Assembly: GCF_963921235.1 (NCBI RefSeq)
Contig: NC_086097.1
Location: 179,244,001-179,308,000 of the forward strand
From: Mobula hypostoma
Taxonomy: Eukaryota
Reading direction: 5' to 3'
DNA: 64,000 nucleotides
Below, one piece after another: positions 52,564 to 64,000 of the stretch (positions are counted from its first letter, which is position 1; each line of letters opens with the position of its first letter). Under the pieces are notes generated by a model, which saw only the letters and a list, made by a program, of their open reading frames with translations, had not been told where the DNA came from and did not search any database. The position numbers and the translations under genes are program-made.

Positions 52564-55000
52564 CAGTGCCAATGAAAAATATTTACCCCCCCCCCCCGAA
52601 AGTTTTCATGTTTTATTGTTTTACAACATTGAATCACTGGATTTAAATCAAAGTGAAAACACATCTCTACAAAGTGATCTAAATTAATTACAAACCTAAA
52701 ATACAAAAGAATTGATTGCATAAGTATTCAACCCCTTTAATATAACACACCAAATCAGGGGTCCCCAATCTTTTTTGCACCGCGGACCGGTTTGATATTG
52801 ACAATATTCTTGCGGACCGGCCGACTTGGGGGTGGGGGGGGTGTTAATCATGACCGGAGTATAGGTGATAAATCAACTATAAGTCACTTATAAGTGGCTA
52901 ATAAACTCAATTTTGATTCTAAAAGGGTTTATCTAATGAATTTGATATTAAACACACAGCACATATTTTCCTTGTGTGAATATTGATAAGTCAATTATAA
53001 GTCAATAGCATCATAACATTTTAAGTAATGTTTGGATATTAAACACACAGTGCATATTTTCCTCGTATTAGCATATAAAATCATTGCAACACACCAATAT
53101 CGCTGAATCAGTGGGAGTCCTGGGCTTGTTTTCCTGCAACAAGATGGTTCCATCGAAGGGTGATGGGAGACAGCGATACTCGAAGGGGGTTCCTTATGAC
53201 CAGTCTATTCCGCAATTTAGTTTTCGTTGCATTCATTGCAGAAAACTCGGCTTCGCAGCAATGTGATGTTGGAAATGGAAGCAATGTTTTCAATGCTTTC
53301 GTGGCTATCTCAGGATATTCAGTCTTGACTTTGATCCAGAATGCCAGCAGAGATGTTACGTCAAACATACATTTCAGCCCATCATCATTTGCCAACTCGA
53401 GGAGTTGATCTTTTTCCCACGCTGACATGGATGATTCACCGGGGGACATTCATAAATGGGTCACAGACCCATTCCTTTGCACGTCTTGGGTCACTGATGA
53501 CCTCGTGTGCGTTCGAGTTTAACAGTGGGCATGACAGGGAATGGGGAAAGGTGCAGCTGACTCATATCGTTTCATATTGCCAAATCATATCGTTTCCTTA
53601 CGGCCCAGTAGCACATGCTTTGTGGCCCGGTGGTTGGGGACCACTGCACCAAATCATCACTGGTGCAGCCAATTGGTTTTAGAGGTCACATAATTAGTTA
53701 AAATAGAGATCTGTTTTTGGAGACCTGTGTGCAGTCAATGTGTGCCAATTGATTGTAGTAAAAATACACCTGTATTTGGAAGGTCCAACTGCTGGCGAGT
53801 CAATATCCAGGTAAAAACAACACCATGAAGACAAAAGAACACTCCAAGCAACTCTGCGAAAATCACAAGTCAGATGGATGCAAGAAAATTTCCAAGTCAC
53901 CGAATATTCTTTGGAGTACAGTTAATTAATGGAAAGAGTATGGCACAGCTGTAAATCTGCCTAGAGCAGGCCGTCATCGAGGACCGTGCAAAAAGGAGAC
54001 TAGTGAGTGAAACCACCAAGACATCTATGACAGCGCTGGAGGTGGTACAAGCTTCAGTAGCTGAGATGGGAGAGACTGCTCATACAACCACTGTTGCCCG
54101 GGCGCTTCAACAATCGCAGAATTATGGGAGAGTGGCAAGGAGAAAGCCTCTGTAGAACTCACAGGAAATCTCGGCTAGAGTTTGCCAGAAGGCATGTGGG
54201 AGACTGAAGACAGCTGGAAGAAGATTCTGTGGTCTGATGAAACCAAAATTGAGCTTTTTGGCAATCAGACTAAGCGCTATGTTTGGCGTAGGCCAAACAC
54301 CACACGCCATCAAAAGCATCAAAAGCGTAGTGGTGGCTGCATCATGCTGTGGGATGCTTCGCTGCAGCAGACCCTGGAAGGCTTCTGAAGGTAGAGGGTA
54401 AAATGAATGAAGCAAAATACAGGGAAATTCTGGCGGAAAAAACGCATGCAGTATGCAAGAGAACTGACTTGGGACAAGATTTATTTTCCAGCAAGACAAC
54501 GACCACAAGCATAAAGCCAAAGCTACACAGGAATAGCTTAAAAGCAACAAAGTTGATGTCCTGGAGTGGCCAAGTCAGAGTCCAGACCTCAATCTAATTG
54601 GGAATTTGTGGCTTAACTTGAAAAGGGTTGTTCAATCACGATTCCCATGCAATCTGACAGAGCTTGAGCAGTTTTGTAAAGAAATGGGGAAAAGTTGCAG
54701 TGTCCCGTTGTGCAAAGCTGATAGAGACCTATACACAAAGATTCAAGGCTGTAATTGCTGCCAAAGGTGCATCTACTAAAGACCGACTTGAAGGGGGTGC
54801 GTAATTATGCAATCAATTATTTTGTGTTTAATAATTGTAATAAATTTAGACCAATTTGTAGAAATTTGTTTTCACTTTGACACAAAAGTCTTTTCCGTTG
54901 ATCAGTGTCAAAAAAGCCAGATTAAATCCATTGTGATTCAATGTTGTAAAACAATAAAACATAAAAACTTCCAAGGTGGGTGAATACTTTTAAAATACTG
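52564..55000 (+). mobile_element. Tc1-like transposon with both long TIRs (decayed transposase)
   Basis: TA|CAGTGCC...ATACTG|TA; long inverted repeats; WKKILWSDETKIELFG and GGCIMLW; frameshifted. Confidence 0.95.
52756..53646 (-). mobile_element. hAT (Charlie/Buster-type) deletion derivative nested in Tc1
   Basis: TIR CAGGGGTCCCCAA / TTGGGGACCACTG; perfect 8-bp TSD CACCAAAT (52748-55, 53647-54); ORF 53108-53449(-) is a hAT dimerisation domain (FWIKVKTEYPEIATKALKTLLPFPTSHCCEAEFS). Confidence 0.96.
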
Positions 55001-55989
55001 TAAAAGCTTCCTAATCCTCTAACTTCCCATTAATTTTTGCTCTATTATATGCCCTCTCTTTGGCTTTAATGTTGGCTTTGACTTCTCTTGTTAGCCACAG
55101 TTGTGTCATTTTGCCTTTAGAATACTTCTTCCACTTTGGGATGTATATATCCTGTGCCTTCTGAATTGCTTCCAGAAATTCCGGCCATTGCTCTGCCATC
55201 ATCCCTGCCAGTGCCAGTGTTCTGTTCCAATCAATTCTGGCCAATTCCTCTATCATGCCTCTGTCATTCCTTTTACTCCACCGTAGTACTGATACATCTG
55301 ACTTTGCCTTCTCCTCAAATTTCAGTGTGAATTTGATCATATTATGATCACTTGCTCCTTAGGGTCAACCACAAGTTGCTCTTAAAAAGCCATCTCATCA
55401 GCATTCTACATTTTGAAAATTCCCCCCCTTGGAATCCAGCACAACCTGGTTTTCCCGATCTACCTGCATATTGAAATCCCCCATGACTATTGTAACATTG
55501 CTTTTTTGGCATGCACTTCCTAACTTCTGTTGTAATTTGTGGACCACGTCTGTATACAACTCCCATCAGGGTCTTTTTACCCTTGTAGTTCCTTAGTTCT
55601 ATCCAGAATGATTCAACACCTTCTGACCCTCTGTCACCTCTCTCTAATGATTTAATTTCATTTTTTACCAACAGAGCTGCTCTGCTCCCTCTGCCTTCCT
55701 GCTTCTCCTTTCAATACAATGTGTATCCTTGAACCTTAAGCTCCCAGCTGTAATGCTCTTTCAGCTACGGTTCAGTGATGCCTACAACATCATACTTGCC
55801 AAACTATAACTGTGTTGCATGTTCATCGACCATGCTCCGTGTACTGCGTGCATTCAAATATAACACCTGTATTCGCCTTTCTTGATTTTGTCTACCTTTT
55901 ACATTGCGAGTCATCCTGTTGATTGTACGTTTGCCCTATCATCAGCCTCTACTTGCTAGGAACCTGTCTGCCCATTGCCTGTTTGTAAC

Positions 55990-57455
55990 CCAACCCGCTG
56001 GGGAGCAGGCACTCAGTCTGGCTGAAGCTGAGGTGAGGAACACTCTGGCCACAGTTAACCCATGCAGAGCCAGGCTGAGTTCTGAAAGACTGAGCACCCC
56101 AGCTGCCAGAAGTGCTGATTTAACATCTCTCTGGAACAATCCATTGTCCCCGTGGTTTTCAAGGCAGCAACCACTGTTCCAGTGGCAAAGACGGTGATAG
56201 TAACCTGCCTGAATGACTATCGTAGGATGGCATTAGTATCAACCATTATGAAGTGCTTTGAGTGGCTGGTCATTAAATCCTTTCTTCCAGCTACACTGGA
56301 TCCTTTCCAGTTCACTTCTCGCTCAAGTTGATCCACTGATGATGCAGCAGCCTCTGTCCTCCACTGTGCCCTGTCCCACCTGGAAAATGGGGTCTCATCT
56401 GCCAGACTGCTGTCTATAGACTTCATTTCGGCGTTCAACACAATCGTACCCCAGGAACTGTTAGGGAACCTGTCCTCACTGGGTCTCAACACCTCCCTCT
56501 GCAATTGGATACTAGACTTCTTCACAGAAGACTGTCTCTTGTCCCGTTACGCTGAGCACTGGTGCTTCAAAGCTGCATGCTCAGCCCGCTGCTGTCTGTG
56601 TTGCAGGATCCAGACCAGATCATGTTACCATTTGCGGATGACACAGCAATGGCTGGCCTTTTCACACAGCTGGTGGATTGGTGTGAGAAGAACAGCCTGA
56701 GCCAGAACGTGGAGAAGACGAAGGAAATCATTGTGGAAACAAAGGAAACGAACCATACCATGAATCCATGGCTCCTCCACAGGGAGAGTTAAGTGCACCA
56801 AGTTCCTGGCAATTCACATCACGGATGACCTCACCTGGTCCCTTTAGAATACCTCCCTGAACAAGAAGGCACAGCAGTCTCCCACTTCCTAAGAAGTTTG
56901 AAGCAAGCAAGGCACCCAACCCCATTTTAACTGCGTTTTACAGGAGCGCCTTTGAAAGCGTCCTGTCAAGTTTTATCCCCATCTGCTATGGGAGCAGTCG
57001 AGCATCGGACCAGAAGTCCCTACCAAGGACTGTAAGAACAGCTGAGAGGATCATAGGGGTCTCTCTACCATCCATGAGGGACATCTATCAGGAGTGCTGC
57101 ATACACAGAGCCCTTAGTATTATTAAGGATCCCATCCATCCATCCAGCATCCTCTTTGACTTTCTACCATCATAAAAACAAGAACGGTCAGGACGAGAAA
57201 CAGTTTCTTCCCTCAGGCCATCAGGCTTCTGAATTCCTGACCGCATCGTATTCGCAGTGTCTGTTCTGTACCTTATATTTAATATTAATCACTTTAGTTT
57301 GTTATTTAGGTGTGATTCATCTGTAGATTTTATCCTTGCTTTCCGAAGTTATTGTGTGTTATGTTTACTACTGTGCTTTACACCTTGGTTCGGAGAAACG
57401 TTGTCCCGTTTCTATATACGTTATAAATGTGTAGGAGGTTAAATGACAATAAACC
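55990..57455 (+). mobile_element. Rex1/Babar-type LINE, decayed
   Basis: [39 protein letters not shown] and KTKEIIV; ends ...AATGACAATAAAC. Confidence 0.85.
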
Positions 57456-58973
57456 TCACTTGTCACGTGTCAGCTTGAATAGTGGTGGGTGCCAGGGGAG
57501 GTGATGGAGGTGATACCAAGGTGGCATGTAAGAGGCTGTTAGACTTATGAGCATAGAGGGATATGGGTCATACAGACAGTTTGGATTGGTATTGTTTTCC
57601 GTAGACATTGTGCGCCAAAGGGCCTGTTCCTGTTGTGAGTTCAAGACTAGATGTGAAATAAAATCTTTGTCTGCCTTTTTGGGTGGATTTGAAAACGCCA
57701 TTTCTTCCTGGTGCTCTGCCTGTTAAATATTGCTAAGTAAACAACTCTACAAGTACAAGTGGGCACAGGGATAGTCCACTCGGCCCTTTGAGCACAGACT
57801 GGTTGGGGTGGAGGACCTGCTTCCCTGTTGTGTGACAATCATAACAGATCTGTCCCAGATCTCATCTCTTCTCTTCTGTATCATTTTCTCTCAGCCTTCC
57901 AGTTCCCTGATCTTTTAAAAGCTTGTTTACCTTCACGTTTGTACCTGTAATAACTCAGTCCCTGCAAACTCTGAGGGTGAGGAATTCTAGAAGGTTCCCC
58001 TCAACGAAGTTCCTGCACACCTCAGTTTTAACAGCGCTCCCTAACCTGTAAACCTGTCTCCTCATTCAAGACCCTTGCACCAATAGAAACCTCAAATCTC
58101 CCCTGTCATGGCCTCCCTAAGGATTTAAAAGGTTTTGAAGTTGCTTTTGGATTTAATGGTATCTGGCTGTGTTTAATTTGGAAGCTTTGTTTCCCGGATG
58201 TACAAGTCATCAAAAGTGAGTAGCTTGGGACCTATCTTTATTAGGCAATTCTTTATTAGGCAATGTCTTTAGCAAGTTCCCCTTGGTGAATTCGGTTCTC
58301 CCTGTATAAATGTGTTTCAGGGGTGTTATTATTGGGTGTGAGAGTAATTCCAGCCACCAGGGTGGACCGTTTCCTTCTGTGTAAAGGCTCCTAAAGAACA
58401 AAAGGGAATGCTTGGGATACTCAGCAGCTCCGTGGAGAGAAAGCCAGTTAATGTTTCTGGGTTTCAAGTGGAATTTATTGCTTTGTGCACAAGTACAGTG
58501 AGGTGCAGGTACACTGAAAAGCTGGCTCGCAGCTATAACACAGGCACTTGGGTACAGACAGCTCATAAATTATAGTGAGGTTAGTGTTGTGCAGTTGGTT
58601 CAAGAATGGAATAGTTGAAGGGAAGCAGCTAGTTCTTCTATACTTGATGCTTGATGGTAGTCTTGAGAAGATAGCAGGACCCAGAGCTGGGATCCTTGAT
58701 GATAAATGTTGCATTTGTGAGGCATTTCCTTCAGTAGGTGGTGTTAGTGGGAGGAAGGGCTGTGCCTGGATCGTCAGTCTCTGAGCTGTGTACTGTCGGA
58801 GTACATTCACTGTTTAAGGGAGAGTGGATGTTCTCAGACAGTGGGAGAGGATGCCAACAAGGAGTAGAGTATTTTTGAAAGGCCATGTGTACACCACTGG
58901 CCAGCTATGATGTTTCTGTGTCGTTCCTCTTCTTGGATCTTGTGAGCTGATTCTCCCTTATTTGGAAACCTAG

Positions 58974-59099
58974 GTGTGGCGCCATGCAATTGAGGAACAT
59001 TCAGCCTACAGCACTCACTACTGCTCCCAGGATCAGTTCAGTGACTATGACGAGGACGAAGATTCGCCCTTGACCGAGTCCCTGCAGGAATCGCTGAAG
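58974..59099 (+). CDS. OSBPL1A: ORP1L-like coding exon 12 (PH C-terminal helix plus acidic stretch)
   Basis: cctag|GTG...AAG|gtatga; VWRHAIEEHSAYSTHYCSQDQFSDYDEDEDSPLTESLQESLK; AIEEHSAYSTHYCSQDQ matches ORP1L as recalled; 126 nt. Confidence 0.95.
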
Positions 59100-59627
59100 G
59101 TATGATGGATTTGGCTTGGCAAACTTGCCTGGTGACTTGCCCATTGCTGCTGACAATTCTGCCTTGCTTGTTAGGGACAGCTCTTTTAGAGCACCCCATC
59201 CTAGCCATCATGATTTAAACTTTTGTAAGCCAAAGGTTGTCAAAAGCTTTGCTGACTTATATTGGAACGTGCTCACCCTGTACTGCTGTAACTGTAGTGC
59301 TATACTGTACGTTCTGGTCTCCTTTTTTAAATATCTCAGCCATATGATCAATGTTTCCATTATATACGGTACATGTGACAGTGACAACCCAATTATCAAT
59401 TTCCACTCACCCCTCTGCTCGTTGAGTGGCGCTTGGTCCTGATTAAACAGAACCTATACCTTTTTGGGACGTTGGGGGAAACCAGAGCATCTGGGGAAAG
59501 CCCACGTGGTCCCATGGAGAATGTAAACTCCATGCAGGCAGCGCCCGAGGTCTGGATTGAAACTGGATCTCTGGAGCTGATAGACACCAGTACTATCAGC
59601 TGTATCGCCATTGGTATTGCTTTAGAA

Positions 59628-59692
59628 CGGGTTCCGAACCTGGATTCCATGGACCACTTGGTTAATGGCATTAAGAAGATTGTGGACCCCTG
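59628..59692. mobile_element. 65-bp hAT mini-MITE
   Basis: 8-bp TSD CTTTAGAA (59620-27, 59693-700); decayed CAGGGGTTCCCAACC-like termini. Confidence 0.7.
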
Positions 59693-61387
59693 CTTTAGAA
59701 CAGAGAACAGTACAGCACAGGAGCAGACCCTTCAGCCCACTATATCTATGCTAACCACAAGTTCCCATCTGTACGAACCTCATTGACCTGCACTTGGTCT
59801 GAAGTTTGCTCGTCCTTCCACTGGATTGGGAGGGTTCTGAGGACTTGGTATTGGTGGCATCTCTCTGGTGCCTGGAGATAATGTCCTGTAGATTTTCCAG
59901 CTTTCTGGATCATACAGGAGGGTAGAGATCACTCGAACCCAGCTGACCATTAGTATTCTGTATTACACTGTCTCAAGTTTTAAGTGGTCTTTTCCTTGGT
60001 TAGTGTGTCAATGCAATTCTCCACCGTATTCATTGGCCATCTTCACTAAGAGATGGCTCCTGAGATATAGGAGGTGGTCCAGGACCTTTAATGTACATTT
60101 TGGACAAAGGCCACTCAACCCCTCGGCCCTTTGCTACTATCTCTGCTCCCCACCTGCCTCGACCTGCCTTCTCCATCTCCCTTTATCCTTCTCTAGCAAG
60201 TTCCTCCTCACCCTCCATCTCTGCTTCCCGCTCTGACCCCTGACTTAGATGTTTTAAAAAAAAGCTGTAGAGAGCAAAGGTGGAGAGTTAACTTCCGCAC
60301 TGCATGTGACTGGCAGCCACGGTGACTCAGTGGTGTGAGATCTGGAGGGCTGGGAGTCCCAGTGCCACTAGCAGGAAGTTTCCTGGAATGGAGGAGTCAT
60401 GTAGAGGCTCAGAATATCATTGTGAAGAGGGGTTAAAATCCGATTCATGGAACCGGGATTGGGATCAGGAGGGGTGGGGCAATACACCCAGAACCTCAGG
60501 AAAAATGGTGCTGAGGACGGTAAGGATTAGGCAGCATATAAGAACCAAATAAGGCAGGAAGGTAATGTTTGACTGCTCAGGGAGGCCTTAGTAAACTCAG
60601 TTAAAGAGCCATCAAATAACACAACACGAAAACAGGTCTTTTGAAACAGCTGGTTCAAATTGACCAGGATTCCTATCTAAACAAATCCCACTTGCCTGTG
60701 CTTGGCCCATATCCCTCTAGATCTTTCTTAGCTACGTATGTACCTATCCAAATGCCTTTTAAATGTTGTTAATGTACCTGCCTCAGCTACTTCCTCTAGC
60801 AGCTCATTCTATATTCGCACGACCCTCTGTGTGAAGAAGTTTCCTCTAGGATTTGTATTAAAACTTTCATCTCTCACGAACCTATGCCCTGTAATTTTTG
60901 GTTCTTCTTCTCTGGGGAAAACACTGTGTGCAGTCACCCTATTTATGCCCAAAGCTCTGTAAGGTCACACCTTGTTCGACATTCCAAGGAACAAAGGCCT
61001 AGCCTGTCCAACCTCTTCCCTTGACTTTGAACTTCTGTTCCTGGCAGTGTCTTCCTGAATCTTCTCTGCACCCTTTCCATTTTCCTCTAATATGGTGACC
61101 AAAGCTTCACACAGTTGTGCAAGTGTGGCCTCAGCTGATGTAAGGAATGGAACAGTGCTGTTACCCGCCCCAGGATGATGCCCAGGGTGGAACAGTTCGG
61201 TTTTAAGGAGAGGCTGGGTCTGTTCAAATTTCTCAGATTCATTTACTTACCACATGTACATCGAAACATTGTTTGTGTTAACAACGTAAGGACGTACTGG
61301 GGGCAGCCTGGGGGTGTTGTCACACCGTCCAACGCAGACCATGTTCAGCAGAGCAACACCAGCAGCAACAGCAAAACAAGCTCCTTT

Positions 61388-61995
61388 GCAACACACACAA
61401 AATGCTGGAGGAACTCAGCAGGTCAGGCAGCATCTGTGGGAATGAATGAACAGTCGACATTTTAGAAACATAGAAAACCTACAACATAATACAGGCCCTT
61501 CGGACCACAAAGCTGTGCCGAACATGTACTTAGATTAGAAATTACCTATAGTTACCCATAGCCCTCTATTTTTCTGAGCTCCATGTACCTATCCGGGAGT
61601 CTCTTAAAAGACCCGATCGTATCCGCCTCCACCACCGTTGCCGGCAGCCCATTCCACGCTGTGTAAGAAAAAAAAACTTAGCCCTGACATTTTCTCTGTA
61701 CCTATTTCCAAGCACCTTAAAACTGTGCTCTCTCGTGCTAGTTATTTCAGCCCTGGGAAAAAGCCTCTGACTATCCACATGATCAGTGCCTCTCATCATC
61801 TTATATACCTCTATCAGGTCATCTCTCATCCTCCATCGCTTTTGAGCTGAGAACTTTCATCAGGACTGGAAAGGAACGGGGATGAAGTCAGAATAAGAAG
61901 GTAGGGAGAGGGGAAGGAGTACAAGGAAGAAGGTGATAGGTGAAGCTAACTGGGTGGGGGAGAAGGATGAAGTTAGAAGAAGAATAGGTTGCAGG
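61388..61995 (-). mobile_element. Penelope-like terminal repeat interrupted by a CR1 3' fragment (about 61463-61838)
   Basis: The terminal repeat stops at CAGTCGACATTT and resumes at TTTGAGCTGAGAACTTTCATCAGGACTG; the insert encodes RDDLIEVYKMMRG on the minus strand. Confidence 0.8.
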
Positions 61996-62709
61996 GAAAA
62001 TTAGCAGGGGGAGGTCTCTGTGGGTTGGCATTGACTTGATGGGCCAAGTGGCCTCTGAGTGTATCTTAAGGAAATACGAAGTATATGAAAGGGATCTGAG
62101 CCCAGGCATTGGTGCATTCTGAGCCAGGAAGGTTTGGGAAAGTTCGGGATAAATGGGACGTGGTGTAGAGACAGTGGAACCAGAAGCAGACTGGAATTGG
62201 GTTTAATATCACTGGCGCACAGTATGTTGTGAAATTTGTTGTTTTGCAGCAGTAGTACATAAAAAATATAAAACGCAATGAGAAGTACTGTATGTGTAAA
62301 CGAATTAAATACGTAATGCAAAAGAGAGCAACAAATTGTGAGAGAGAGACAAAATTTTGGAGGAACCCAGCAGGTCAGGCTGCATCCATGGAAATGAATA
62401 AACAGACAACTTTTCAGGCAGAAACCCTTCTTCAGGACTATTTTTTTCAGGGAAATTAGTGAGGTAGTGTTCATGGGTTGATTCATTGACTGTCCAGAAA
62501 TCTGATTGCTGAGGGGAAGAAACTGTTTCTGAAATGTTGCGTGTGGGTCTTCAGGTTCCCGTGCCTCCAATGGGAAGAGGGCATGTCTTCACTCACCTGG
62601 ATCTGGTCATCACAGGAATATTCTTGGAGGGTTGGGGGAGAGATGGAGAGTAGCTTTGGGTTGTGAGTCCCTCCCACTTTCAAATCTCTTACTAGCTCTT
62701 CTTTCAGTT

Positions 62710-62745
62710 AGTCCTGAGGAAGGGTCTCGGCCTGAAACGTCGACT
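62710..62745 (+). ncRNA. Minimal type I hammerhead ribozyme with intact core, in a PLE terminal repeat (about 62668-62800)
   Basis: AGTC-CTGAGGA-A-GGGT ctcg GCCT-GAAA-CG-TC^-GACT: stem I AGTC/GACT, CUGANGA box, stem II, GAAA and GUC cleavage triplet. Confidence 0.72.
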
Positions 62746-63249
62746 GTACCTCTTCCAATAGATGCTGCCTGGCCTGCTGCGTTCACCAGCAACTTTTATA
62801 TGTGTTGGGTTGTGAGTGCTTGTTGCCTCTGACCCATTGATCAAGAAGCCAGGGGTACAAAACTAGTCTCCAGGAAAGAAACAAAGGAAATTTGGCAACA
62901 CAGGAAAGAGTTTCTTTGGCCCATTGTGTCCATCCCATTCAAAGAGAATCAGAATCTGGTTTGGGGTCGCTGATATATGTTGTGAAATTTGTTGTTTTGT
63001 GGCAGCAGTATATTGCGAGACATAAATATTACCATAACTTTCAAAAATTAAATAAATCCTGCAAAAGATGAATAACGAGGTAGTGCTCATGTGTTCATGG
63101 GCCGTTCAGAAATCTGATGGTAGAGGGGAAGAAGATATTCCTGAATTGTTTAGTGTGGGTCTTCAGGCTCCTGTAATCTAACCCCACCCACTGTACAGCT
63201 CACTTCTCAGACCACATCCTATTCTGTGTCGGGGCAGATACCTCTCCCA

Positions 63250-63430
63250 CCTTCTCCAGCAGTGAGTTCCAGACTAACTGGAGAGGGGTGAGGGTGGTAA
63301 ATCATTTCCCCTTCTCCAGCAGTGAGTTCTAGACTTATTTGGGGGGGGTGAGGGTGGTAATTTTCTCCCCCTTTTCTGGCAGTGAGTTCCAGACTTCTCG
63401 GGGGTGAGAGGTGGTAAATCCTATCCCTTT
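63250..63430. repeat. About 60-bp tandem repeat, 3 copies
   Basis: CTTCTCCAGCAGTGAGTTCCAGACT...GGGGTGAGGGTGGTAA at about 63251, 63311 and 63371. Confidence 0.85.
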
Positions 63431-64000
63431 CTCTCTAATCCTGCCAATCACTTCATCCCTCTTGCTCTCTTCGCCCTAGCACCCAGCCCCTGTACTGAGG
63501 GAAGTGGGTGCTTCACATTTGAGATTTGACTCATAGTTACAGCTCTCAGTCCTGGCTCCAATCTGGCGAAGCTCTTTTGCTGATTGTCCAGTGCAGCCAG
63601 AATGGCACTGTACAGGAATAGGTCCTTCGGTCCAACGTGATACTGAATGAAACTAATTCCCTTGTGCCTGCACGTGATCAGTATTCTTCCTCCATCGTTG
63701 CTTATTCATGAGTCCGTCTTGTAAGCCCCTCTGTTGTATCTGTCTCCACCACCACCCTGACAGCCCGTTCCAACTAGCTGCCACACATTTAAAAAATAAA
63801 CTTTTCTTTCCCATTCTTCTCCTTTGAATTTCCCCCCTCACCATGAATGTGTGTCCTCGAGTACATGACATTTCTACTCTGGCAGTAAGATTCTGACTGG
63901 TGTCCAGAGCTGTATACAGTCGTGGCTTCATTGATGCTTTCCACAGTCCCAGCACAATCTGTCTGCTCGTACTTGATGCCTTGGCTGGTAAAAGGAAGCA

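Larger units (their letters stand above)
51625..55985 (-). mobile_element. CR1 LINE, internally deleted, host to a Tc1 element
   Basis: RPHLEYCEQFWAPYL, KYESKLANNIK and ESFWIELRNYKGKKTLMGVVYR; contiguous across the TA at 52562-63 / 55001-02. Confidence 0.88.

Noticed and set aside
53108..53449. Domesticated ZBED/SCAND3-like gene
   Set aside because: Only the C-terminal hAT fragment is present, enclosed by TIRs and a TSD.
59100..64000. Further ORP1L exons (coiled coil, FFAT, ORD)
   Set aside because: No matching reading frame with splice sites was found by eye. They probably lie beyond the window, though a short diverged exon could have been missed.

Overview
Vertebrate genomic DNA; the repeat families suggest a cartilaginous fish, probably a ray (inference). 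The window holds 12 consecutive + strand coding exons (11242-59099, 1110 nt, 370 codons, all GT-AG and in phase) of an OSBPL1A/ORP1L-type oxysterol-binding-protein gene: N-terminal ankyrin repeats, a PH domain and the start of the acidic/coiled-coil region. The FFAT and ORD exons should lie downstream of the window. Almost everything else is decayed, heavily nested transposable elements: CR1 and Rex1/Babar LINEs, Penelope-like elements (PLEs), tRNA-derived/V-type SINEs, Tc1/mariner, Tigger-like, hAT (Charlie-type), PIF/Harbinger, LTR remnants and two tandem repeats. Nearly all ORFs in the supplied track are TE debris. Most notable: (i) about 11 dispersed minimal hammerhead-ribozyme motifs in PLE terminal repeats, one with an intact core on the gene's sense strand; (ii) a 511-bp composite Tc1/mariner-type element made of two inverted mini-MITEs enclosing captured DNA; (iii) resolvable multi-level TE nests; (iv) the divergent, possibly paralogous ORP1L-like gene. 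I found no CRISPR array or prokaryotic system. TE boundaries are exact only where a TIR/TSD is quoted.
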